Shown in pieces: positions 52,233 through 64,000 of a stretch of DNA of 64,000 bases. Each line of letters starts with the position of its first letter. Position 1 is the first letter of the stretch. The notes under the pieces were generated by a model. It did no database searches and was not told the DNA's origin. It saw nothing but the letters and a program-made list of their open reading frames with translations. The stretch lies in assembly GCF_009914755.1 (NCBI RefSeq), contig NC_060942.1; one strand, 5' to 3'. The position numbers were made by a program, and so were the translations under genes. This DNA is from the human T2T-CHM13v2.0 reference genome, Homo sapiens.

Positions 52233-55200
52233 CTCAACCTCTTAATTTTAATGAGCAAAGATGAGCATGTCATTTTAAAACAAATGAAAGAGGCCAGAGG
52301 AAAATAATAATTGTAAATAATTATTGGGTATCTGCTATGTGCCAAGCACTATTGTATATGCTTTATGATTAATATTTCATTTTTCTTCACTACTATTATT
52401 TTGGTTCACAATCAGAACTACCAGTTTATGTATAAGGAAATTAGGGCACAAAGAAGTTTAGACAAGCATTTTTAAAAAGATGAGAGGAGTGACTTAGAAT
52501 TTGCATTTAAAAAGTAACAGGAGACCAACTGGATATAGAAATTGAGATGATATAATTAAAGTCAATTACATTTTGCATTCAAATATTTATTATCACCTCT
52601 GTAGCTAGAACTATGCTAAGTAGTGAGAGGGAATCACGTTATTGGGCTGCTATACAGAAGTATTTATACCACAGTTTTAAAGATAACCACTGACCTACAC
52701 TAGCATTTGATAATCAAAAGATAGGATAAATGTGTATTCCAATAATCAACAAGAAAGTTAGTGTATGGAGGAGTTTCCAGTCTGTTTGTGGAGAACATGT
52801 AAAAGCACACACAAACACACACACACAAGCAAGCTGTTTTTCTTTGTAAAGAACTTCAGTTATTGTTTTATCAAAAACATAAATCATTTGAACAGTACAG
52901 GAGAATCAATAATCTGATAAGCAAGTTGTAAGCAAGTTCCAAAAGATACCATAATGACATTAAATATTCTAGGTCGTTTGGCAGGAATGAGGTCAATGTG
53001 TTGCCTTTGGTTTGGATAAGGGAGGGTTGGGCCTTTAAGGCCTTTGTGGGGTTTTGAACATTTGGAAGGCAGTAAAAGAAGAGAGACTAGACATTGGATG
53101 GGAAAATAATCTGCTATTGATGGGGGAAAATTTGAGAATCACAACTTAAATAAAGCATGATGACCCTAAATAATAATATGTTGAGTAGAATATTAATTAT
53201 TGACTTCATTACCTCATACGGTAATTGTGAATATTAAATAAGGTAATACTTAGGAAATCTTAGCCATGATTCTTGATTATTATGAACATATTTACTTTAA
53301 ATGAAGTAATGCCTATAAAGTGTTGGACAGAGCAAATGCTTGAGAAATATTAGCTATGATTCTTTGCTGTTATGAAAATGTTTTATTCTCTGTGACTTTT
53401 TACTTCTGCTTCATAAGTTATATGAATACAATTCTATGCAGAGGTTTTTATTTCTTATTTACATAATCGTTACAGGTTTAACCTTAAGGAAGATGGCAGT
53501 GTTTTCTAATCATGTTGCACGAAACATCATTTATGAAGAATGTTTTGGGATGCTCTAGCAGATGATAGTATTTATCTGCCTTACTAGACTGCTCTATTTT
53601 ATAACAGGTTGATTCATGAAGGTTTGCTGGAGTCAAGGTTGCTATAATGAACGTCCAATATGTGTAAAACTATTTGAGAAATCTTGGTTAATGTAATCTA
53701 TCTCACATTCTGGAAGACATAAAAATAATAATGAATATAAAAGAAAGCAAACTCAAAATCTGCTGTGACTTAGAATTATAGAATCATTGAATTTTGGGCT
53801 GGAAGGATTTTAGAGGAGAAACTGAGGCTCAGAGTGCGCAGAATGAATATGTGGCTTATGGAAATTCACATACAGATAACAGCATCTATTATATTTTGTC
53901 TCATGAAGTCATAACAAGTAGAACATAAAAAGCTTTTGATAGACATAGCTCCATGCTTCCTTTTTATAATGTAAATGTCATTAAAACAGTTATGTTGTAG
54001 TCTCCACTATAACAAGGAAACATAATATTTGTTAGATGAATTGAGAAAAAATAATGATTTGATACCAATAGTTAGGATATAGGGCTGATTTTCTATTTGT
54101 TTTCTCATTTCTGCCTTCCTGAGATTCTCCTCTGTACTTGTTTTTCAATGAAACTCAGAATAGAGCCTTGACCTTCTCTCGTTTCTTGGACTTATTAGCT
54201 GGAGATAAGAATACAAGAGAAAAGTAAGACTATAGAATGGTTTCCTTGTGACTTCATTTTAGAATCAATGACACTTTATAAATGGCTATGTGACATCAGC
54301 AGACAACTTTGGTTATCTGCTATCCACATAACCATTCCCAAAACACTTAGAACTTTGGTTTTGCTATCCTTAAATGCGATTAAAAGGTGTACCTACCTCA
54401 CTGTGTTGCTGAGACTTAAATTAGGTAATACTTTTAAAAAGATTACAGAGTGTCTTTTTAGAGTGTGCACTCATTATTCTTCCTATTAATCTTATTATTA
54501 GTATAATAATTGGCATCTGCCTGACACATACGAGGGATTTTGTTGAGTTAAAAGGTGTCAGATATGCCACAGATGTCCTCATGTTCTGTGGTAGGGACTA
54601 TTGTATGACTGTCTCATCTTTTAAAAAATCCTGTTGGCTTCTAGCAGAATATATTTCTTGAATCTAACTTTACGTGGAAATTCTCAATATGTGAGTGCTA
54701 GTATAACACAATTTAATGACTTTCAGAAAGAGCACAACCTCCTTAGGACCACCTCAGCCTGCAGATCACTGATAAAAACAGCTGGAGCTAGCATCTGTTC
54801 CTTACAAATCTTTCAAAGTCATAACAAAACTGGCCTGATTTCATAAACACAGTATGAATTTCAGTTTGTGTGTGGGAAACATGCCTAGGAAACCTAATAA
54901 GACTGGACGCATATGATGAAGTCCTTGTCCTTTAACTTGCATCGAGAAGTGCCAATGAAGAGAGACTAAAAGGAAATAAAGTGTGCATTTGACAATTTCC
55001 TAAGTAAGCATGGATTTTATCCTTCCAGGTTGATGCAATTTGGCAAATCTGTGCCCTTTTAATGCTTCTCACCACTCTCAAATTACAGTGGGGGTAGGTT
55101 TGAAATTGATCACTCTGACTTATAGTCATAAAGGTAACAGAGTGAGTGAGAAAACCTAAAACAGGACTCCCCTTCTTTTTAAACACCAGCTTTCCTAACG

Positions 55201-56919
55201 TGCATTTTTGTCTCCAGTTCCTTTGGCCACGCTGTAATCACTAGTGAGCTCTTCTGGCAGTTATAAGTCACATGTCATGTGACAGATTTTCCTGTATGAT
55301 TTTCATTAAAATGCTTTGGAATCCTGGGACAGAAAGAAATTATGTAAATGTAAGTTTTTATTACTGTTTTGTTTTTATTACTTTTTCTCCTCTGGTGTTT
55401 TATCGCCTCATATAATACAGGTAAATATGGTGATCCCATGTTGAGATGGGGGTTTGTATTCTAATGCCTCTGGTCTCATACTTTGCATTCGATCCATGCT
55501 AATTTAATTATCCATGATTTCTTAGGCAAAGAGAGGAATGCAGACTCCATGCTGTCTGCAACTACTTCAGTCATTCCTTTACTGCCCGTGACACCATGTG
55601 AGACCTGCAGATGCTAAACAACCTCTCCCTGCACCAGCTCAAACAAAAAATGCTAACCATATGCAACTCCAACCTGTTTATCCTTAAGCAATGCAAAGCC
55701 ATGCAGTGCTACAGACGGGCAGTGGGGGAGAGCACAGAGCTGCCACTTCTCACAGGGTTGCCTTGTGAGAGAGCAGAGCATGGAAGCACAGGAATTTAGG
55801 GCAGGAATGGTTGAGCTGGGTTCTTTTCTTTCAACTTTTCTTAGTGATAAAGACAAGAGCTCCTCAGAAATTTTATTAACATGTGTAGAATTGATGAACT
55901 GTTACTTAAAAGGTTAGCCCCTGGATTTGAGATTAGGAGTCTGAGGTGTTTTTGGGGACTGTGGATTCTGAATTCCTAATTACTCTGAGACATGATCTAA
56001 TAGCTACTGGTAAGAATTGAGAGTTTACCCGGAAAAAATAAAGAGTTTTAATTCATTTTAGCTCATATTTAATTTGAATGATAGTTTTCTGTAGAACACT
56101 ATTTTTGGCATAGATCTTTTCAAAGCATTCTTCACTTTGGCAGCTGAAATTTCTGGAAAATAATCCTAAGAAATTATTAAATATAGAAAATTTAAAGGGC
56201 ACTGTAAAATGAAAATTAGAAAATAGAAAGGATAGAAAAAATAACTCAAAATGATATTAGAATGTAAAGTTATAATCTCAGTTTTTTCCTCCCAGACTTA
56301 TTTATTCATATTTAATATTTCTCCCCCTTTGAACTGTAAAACAATATAGTCAAATTAAAGAGTATTTTGGAAAAGAATAAAAAAGAATGCTTTACTACTC
56401 CAATCTATTATTTCCTTTGTGCATATTCTTGTTAAGATTTTCTTCCTCTGCAACCTCCTCACCCTTGATTATTATTATTTTCTCTCATTACCTGAGAGAT
56501 ACAAACAGATCTGGTGAGATAAGCTTAGGGAAATCTTTCCAAACATCCGGAACAAATAACCATATAAATATTAGAGACAGTGAGGTGGAAATCATAATTC
56601 TTCAATTTAGTGAAAAAAAATTGTACATTTTCTAGTTAAATCCAGTTTGTATAGGGGATCTATTTTCAGTCATCTCTCAGGTATTTATTCCTATGGATCA
56701 TGGCATGTATGTGCCAAACTGAATCTAAATTGAATGAAACTATCTCTGTCTCTGTCCAAAAAACAATCTTGTGAGTCAGCACTACTTATTCATCTTTAGT
56801 GGTCAAAACCTTGTACTATTGGCCAAGCACAACAGACAGATGGGAAGTAAAAATATAAAGAGAAGCTATAGTTCTTACTTCAGGCAAGAGTATCCATATC
56901 TGAATAGATACTCTCAGAA

Positions 56920-57150
56920 AGTAGTGGTTAAGAGCTCAGGTCATGGAGCCAGACTTCTTGGCTTAGAATACCAGCACCTCCACTCACTAGTTCTATGACC
57001 ACGGGCACGGTACATAACTTTGCTGAGACTCAGGTTTGTAATCTGTAAAATTAGGATACTATTAGAATCTAACTAATTGGACTGGCATGAGGAACAAGTA
57101 AGCTGATGCATGTAAAAATACCCAGCAAAAAGCCAGACATACATATTATT
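56920..57150 (+). mobile_element. MIR SINE
   Basis: GTAGTGGTTAAGAGCTCAGG...GGAGCCAGACT, CCACTCACTAGTTCTATGACC, ATCTGTAAAATTAGGATA. Confidence 0.78.
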
Positions 57151-57219
57151 ATTGTTGTTATACTTAATATTTGACATTGTCATCACATTTCAAATACTGT
57201 GCAGGATATTTGATCACAA

Positions 57220-59582
57220 CTAAAATCAAACTGGTAGTCAGCAACATATAAAAAAGATTATGTGTTATGACCAAGTAGGATTTATCCCAGGAATGCAAAG
57301 CTGGTTTAGCATCTGAAAAACAATCAGTGTAATACATCATATTAGTAGAATAGAGAACAAAATCCATGTAATTATCTCAATAGATACAGGAAAGGCACTT
57401 GAAAATATCAAACACCCTTTCATAATAAAAACACTCAACTGACTAGCAATAGTAGGAAGCTTCCTCAACCTGATAAAAGGCATCTCAGAAAAACCCACAG
57501 GTAATATCATACTTACTGGTGAATTGTAGTACACTTTTCCTGTAAGATCAAGACAAAGATGTCTACCCTCACCACTTCACTTCAACATTGTGCTAGAGAT
57601 CCTAGCCAGAGCAACTAGGCAAGAAAAAGAATTAAAAACCACCCAAATTTTAAGGAAAGAAGTAAAACTACCTTTGTGATCGATTATATGATCTTATGTA
57701 GAAAATCCTAAGGAATCTATGCCAAAAGAAAGAAGTAATAAACAAGTTCAGTAAGGTTGCAGGTTAAAAGATCATGATACATAAATCAATTATATTTTTA
57801 TATATTAGCAATGAACAATCTGAAAGTAAAACAATTTCATTTAAAATGACATTATATGTGATAAAAATAATTTAGAAATAAATTCAACAGAAGTGCAAGG
57901 CCTGTACACTGAAAACTGCAAAATGTTGGAAGAAGTAAAAGAAGACTTGAATAAATGGAAAGATATCTCATGTTCATGGATTGCAATACTTAATATTGTT
58001 AGGATAGCAATACTACCCAAATTGATCCACAAATTCAGTGCAATCTCAGCTGCCTTTTTTGTTTTTGCAGAATTTGAAAAGTGGATCTTAAGATTTGTAT
58101 GAAGATATAAGGGATCCAAAAGAGTGCAATCAATTTTGAAAAAGATGAAAAAACTTGGAGGACTCAACACTTCCCAGTTTCAAAACTTACTACAAAGCTA
58201 CAGTAAACAAGACTATAAGGATAGAAATAGAGATCAACAAAATAGAATTGAGAGTTCAGAAATAAACCCTACTTATCAAAATATTTATATAGACCTTTTC
58301 TCAAAGGAGATACATGAATGGCCATTAAGCTTATGAAAAGATGCTCAACATCACTATTCATTAGGAAAATGCAAATAAAAATCATGAGATGTTGCCTCAC
58401 ATCCACTAGAATAGCTAAAGCAAAAAAAAAGCAACAACATAAACCATATAGGCAATAAGAAGTGTTGGTGAGAATGTGAGAATTTGAAGCCCTCATATAA
58501 TACTGATGTAGTGCAGCCATTTTGGAAAAGAGTTTGGAATTTTCTCAAAAGTTTAAACCTCATGAACTGCCTTTTTACTCCAAGGAATAAACCCCAAAGA
58601 AATGGAAATTTATCTCCACATAAAAACCTGGATATAAATGTTCATAAAAGCTTATTTCTGATAGCCAAAAAATTAAAGCAATCCAAATGTCCTTCAACTG
58701 ATGAGTAAACAAAAGTGGTACAGCCATACAGTGAAATATTTGAAAACAGAAATGAGTGAATTTGTGATATATACTACAACATGGATATATATGCCTAATA
58801 AATGGACTAAAAGCACTTCCTCATAAAAAAGCTTCTATTATCTTATAGAATGAAGAGGAGATTTCTTCATATAGACAAGATAAAGTATTTCCTTGGTGCT
58901 ATACTTTATCCATGAAGAGAACATTCTCCTAAGTGAAAGAAACAAGTCACAAGAGACCAGATATTGTATGGTTTCATTTATAGGAGAGACCCAGAATCGG
59001 CAAAATCCATAGAGACATAGGTAGATTAGTGGTTGCCAAAGGCCGGGGGAAGGAAAAAAGGGAAGCAACTGCTAATAACTGTGGGATTTCTTTTTGAGAG
59101 AACTTTTTTTTTTCTTTTCTTTTCTTTTTTGAGACAGAGTCTCACTCTGTTACCGAGGCTGCAGTGCAGTGGCACCATCTTGGATCATTGCAATCTCCAC
59201 CTCGGCTCACTGCAATCTCCACCTCCTGGGTTCGAGCTACTCTCCTGCCTCATCCTCCTGAGTAGCTGGGACAACAGGTGCCTGCTACCACTCCTGGATA
59301 ATTTTTGTATTTTTAGTAGAGACAGAGTTTCACCATGTTGGCCAGGTTGGCCTTGAGCTCCTGACCTCAGGTGATCCACATGCCTCGGCCTCCCAAAGTG
59401 CTGGGAGTACAGGCATGAGTCACCATGCTGGGCCAGACATTTTCCTTTTGAGGAAAATGTCCTAAAATCAAGAGTGATGATGGCTGTACCACTAGGGGTA
59501 TATTAAAAAGCCATGAATTTTACACTTTCACAGGATGAATTTTATTTTGTGCAAATTATATCTCAATAAAGGTGTTAATAAA
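57220..59582 (+). mobile_element. L1MB-type LINE (ORF2 3' part plus 3' UTR) with an internal deletion, an Alu and a non-L1 insert
   Basis: ORF 57893-58102 (KEDLNKWKDISCSWI...ILPKLIHKFSAI) is L1 ORF2-like. The 3' end reads GGATGAATTTTATTTTGTGCAAATTATATCTCAATAAA. Confidence 0.88.
59104..59434 (-). mobile_element. AluSx-like with internal 22-bp tandem duplication
   Basis: Antisense Alu containing GGATCATTGCAATCTCCACCTC / GGCTCACTGCAATCTCCACCTC at 59182-59225. Confidence 0.9.
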
Positions 59583-60599
59583 ACAAGCCAAAATCTGGTT
59601 GTACATTTCTTTTCATTATTTTGCCTTTGCCCTTGCCTTTTATTTTTTCTAGAGTTTTTGTTCAAAGTCTGTGGAGTACTGGGGAAATCTCCAGTGACTA
59701 CTCCTTAAGAGTAGTGTATCATCCTTCAGTGAATTCATTCCCAAGAGTCAACAGTATTATTTGGCTTCTGAAATTTATCAAGGCAACTTGTCAGTGTTGT
59801 TGCTTATCCTGCTTAATCACACAACTAAGAAAGAACACTCTGTAATTTTCCATATTAGTTTTAAAAAAATCTGTGGTCAGTTAGAGAATAAAAACATCTG
59901 GGAGGAGATCTCAGCATGGACACTTCAGTTCTCTGAACCTCAGTGAGCACAGGCTATGCTGACCAAAAGCAGGATGTGGGTTCCATGGGGGACCTTATGT
60001 TAGCATTGTATGATCTGGAGATGACCAGTGCTGGCCTATACAGAGTCTTTCAGTCAGAAAGCTCAAAGCAGCCTCCTATCATAAGAGGATGTTTATTTAA
60101 ATTATTTTAATATAGCTTTTAAGGACTAAGAAGATTTATCTTTATGAAGCTAAAATACTGACTAAAAACACTCAAAAAAGCTTTTATTTTTCTATATAAT
60201 GAAGGGCAGATTTCTTCATATAGACAAGGTAAATTCATCCCTGATGTTACATTTTTGCTCTAATTTGTTAATTGGCCAGTCTATAATAGCCTACACTGTA
60301 ATCATTAAATAATTATACAATACTTTCATTATGTTCACTGTCTGCAAATAAACGTTTGTGAATAACTGCCATGTTAGACATTATTCAATTTAAAACCAAA
60401 TGAAAGCAACATATATTCTCAGTTTTGTTACTTGTCAGTGAGGAAGTTAGAAAAAAAATTAGAAAATTTTGCAAATCAAAACTACAGGTATAGGTTAGAA
60501 AAGGTGGTGTGACCATGCTATTTCCTCTTGCTCTGGCCCACCTCTGAAACGGATAGAAAGGGGATAAATAGACTAAAAAGGGCAAAGATAAAATGAAAA

Positions 60600-62450
60600 C
60601 AGATAGAAGCGGATGAGGGATTTCAATATGTTTTGGGAAACGGCCCTTGGTGGACTCACGAGCACAGAGGAAGATCTTAAGGTTTAAGATCTCGTAGTGA
60701 TGAAAGTAACAAAAAGTGAGCTGATGGGCACCTCAGAATTTCTAAGGGACTCAGAACTTGGGATTAGCAGTCCAAGACAGGGCAGGGTGGAAGTATCGCA
60801 CTGAAAATCAGGAATGATTAGAAGTATCTTAACAATGTCAGAGCCCAGTAAAGTCAGCTTTCTCCACTTTCCCCTTGGCCAGGTGGACTGGGAGCTATCC
60901 TCTGAATAACCTAGAAGGGGAAGCCTCAGGACTCAAGAACATTGCTCATCAATGAACAATCCTGTCTAGTGGCATAGAGTATTCAATCACACTTAATCAT
61001 ACTTTACTAAATTATTCTTAAGTATAAATAGAAATTAGAGTAATAACAATCCAGTTTTTGATGGAAGTCTACAAGATGGAGAGAGAGAAAAAAATTAACT
61101 TGAAAGAAACAGAGATCATGCGGAGAACAGAAGAAACATTAAAAATTAACCAACCAACTAGCCAACTAACCAACCAACCACCACTACCACCAAATAACCA
61201 CACAAAAACTCCAAAAGAATAAAAGAAAGCTTTTAAAGCAATATCCTCAGATTTAAAAAAAGGGGTATAGTAAGGCATTCATTAAAAAAAGCTAAAATAT
61301 AACCAGAAAGTTAAAAACTAAATTATAAAAATGTGAAAATATCTTCATAAGTAGGATAAAAAGATCTAGGATGGAAAAACAAGAGAAAATATAGATACAA
61401 ATATTTACATATATAAAATCAATCAAAAAAGTCTAACATCCTACCAATACATGTTCTAGGAAAAGAGAGTGAAGAAAGTAGGGTAGATGAATAGATTAAT
61501 TTAAAAATACATTTTCCATCCTGGAGAACATGAGGTTTGAAATTCAAGGGGCTCAACACAATAGATAGAAATAAAATGACCATATTTGGCAAAGTATTGG
61601 GAATGGCAGGCCCCCAGAAATAGTAAGACTTCAACTTCTTGACATAAACATAATTTTCAACTCATAATTTTCTACCCAATCAAACCATCCATCAAGATTT
61701 TGAATAAGAAATAAATCATTTCCAGATGCCTCTTCCATTGTTTCTTTCTTTTTTTTTGCAAACTACCAGAGGTTAGGCTTCAGCAGAACCAAGAAATAAA
61801 TGAAGAAAAGGAAAACATAGCTCTTTGGGAAAATATGTACATTTCACGAAGTTAGGAAAAGAAAATCTCAGATACTGTCTAGATAGCAGGCTTAAAGAAG
61901 CACCAGTTTAGAGTGAAGAAGGGAAACCAGTGTTTCTAGGAAGAAAATTTCCAGAAAAAAAGGTGGATCAGGGTGAAAAGAGAATTGCTAGTGTACCAGC
62001 TATGTTTGGAAATTTGAATAAAAAAGTACTAGTTTTAAATGTATGGTGGCTTCAGAGGAGCAGTTGGAAAAGTTATGAATTCGTTTCCAAAAAACTACTC
62101 AAATAACAAAAAACTGCAAAAATAAACTCTATCAACAGCAATTGTACAAGGAAGGAAATCTAATCACAGTAATTACTTGATACTATAGTACACAGTAATG
62201 TGAACACTGATTTTTGATTTAACTCTTTTTTGTTTTAATTATATTGAATTGGGGAGAAGTGGCAGATATAGAAAGTCAAAAGTGATAAAGACATTGTGGC
62301 CTAAGCAAATTATCAGAGATAAATGTTAAGAGAAGTAGTTAAAAGAGGGAATGATGGTCTTTAAAAAGGAGAACTGGGAAAGGGTAGGGCAAATTTCTGC
62401 TTGTTTTCATCATAACTCTTTAGTTATTTTAGTTATTTTACTATAACTTG
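60600..62450 (+). mobile_element. HAL1 / ancient L1 ORF1-like remnant; boundaries approximate
   Basis: A-rich degraded ORF1-like tract (AAAGTCTAACATCC...GTTCTAGGAAAAGAG). GCAGGCTTAAAGAAGCACCAGTTTAGAG resembles recalled HAL1. Confidence 0.5.
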
Positions 62451-63461
62451 CTAGCATATTATGATTCATTCATATTATTATAAAAGCCTATAAAAGATTA
62501 TAAGGTAAACTTTAACTTGCAAAATGATATAAAATTATGGTAAAGAAAAAAATTACAAATTGAGTCAATTTTGTTTCAAGCTGATTATTTCCTTTTCACT
62601 CGATACATGATGAGCAGTTTTATTTTCTCAGACCATATAGGAGCCAGGGAAAAAAGACCTGTATACGCCAAAGGATGACCATGATGAAATGAATCTTTTC
62701 AAGCCATAGATCTATGATTTGCATACTCTAAGAAATGGGCAGCCAAAACAATTTTCTAAACTCAGTAACGATAGAGAGGACCATAACAAGAACTGATATA
62801 TATCTGAAATAGCATAACATAATGTAACCAGCAGTATTACTTACAAGCCAATTAGATATCAACCAATTGCACTGCAGTTTAGGAATGTAGATGAGGAAAT
62901 AGATGGGAGGCTATTCCACTTACCATTACAATCCTTTCTTTTGTATTCCAGAGGAACAGCGGTTTATTGAAAGGAAAGCAAATGTCCAGAAGCAAAAACA
63001 AACAAACAAAAAACAAACAAACAAAAACAGAAAAAACTTCCCCAAAAGTAAAGAATCACAGCTTTATTCAGTAGCTCCTCAATTAAAATAGTCATCTTCT
63101 TAATTGTGCCATCTTCAGAAGCAGCCATATATACTGTAGTTAAGAGGCACATGGTGAGAAATTTGGGGTCCAATCAAGATGATAGGATTCATCTACATGG
63201 CAGCCCTCAAAGATTCTGGAAGAGAAAAATGGTGAAAAGGTAAATGATTCAGAGGGTTAGCGCACTCAATTGTATAAATAAAAATGGAGGATTCAAGTGC
63301 AATCAGCAAAATACATCATTTAAAAATTTTTATTGACAGATTTGTCAATCTTGTGCAAAGGAAATTTAGTAACCAACTCAATTTGCCAAATGTTTATGAC
63401 TGCTTCCTATGTTTATAGAAATACAAAGCTGAAAAAGGCATATTTCACATGAGGAATTTAG

Positions 63462-63788
<327 letters not shown>

Positions 63789-64000
63789 TAAGTCTGATTA
63801 ATTATTGCTAGGAAGAATAATATAAGACCCAATTTTTTATTATTTTAAACAGTCAGTGAACCAGCTTAAGTAGATAGTCCGCAAATACTTATTGAGCACT
63901 TATTTATTTACTGCACTTGAAATCCGTACTTGAAAGATGAAGATGAGGAAGAAACTGAGTAGACTTGGAGGGAAGTGAATAAACATTGGACATTTATTAT

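Overview
Primate (human-like) AT-rich non-coding DNA, intergenic or deep intronic, with a large share of interspersed repeats. I recognise no intact protein-coding gene, RNA gene or CRISPR array. The longer ORFs are remnants of Tigger2 transposase, L1 ORF2, LTR12C and Alu, or chance frames. The window opens with a Tigger2 DNA-transposon fossil carrying three nested insertions (AluSp, an L1PA 3' end, an internally deleted LTR12C), with an internal L1 fragment at its tip. The rest holds Charlie1a, MER2/MER2B, MER20, MER5A, MADE1, several solo LTRs, old L1ME/L1MB/HAL1 copies, about a dozen Alus, MIR/L2 fragments, microsatellites and a 15-bp VNTR. Repeat family names come from recalled consensus sequences, not a database search. 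The most notable signals are: a ~125-bp copy of nearby unique DNA pasted inside an L1 (58787-58913, source 60160-60256), a second orphan insert in another L1, three + strand acceptor sites followed directly by a donor motif (possible recursive splice sites or lncRNA exons), a GATA-motif VNTR and a nuclear-receptor half-site cluster. None of these establishes a new biological system without expression or comparative data.
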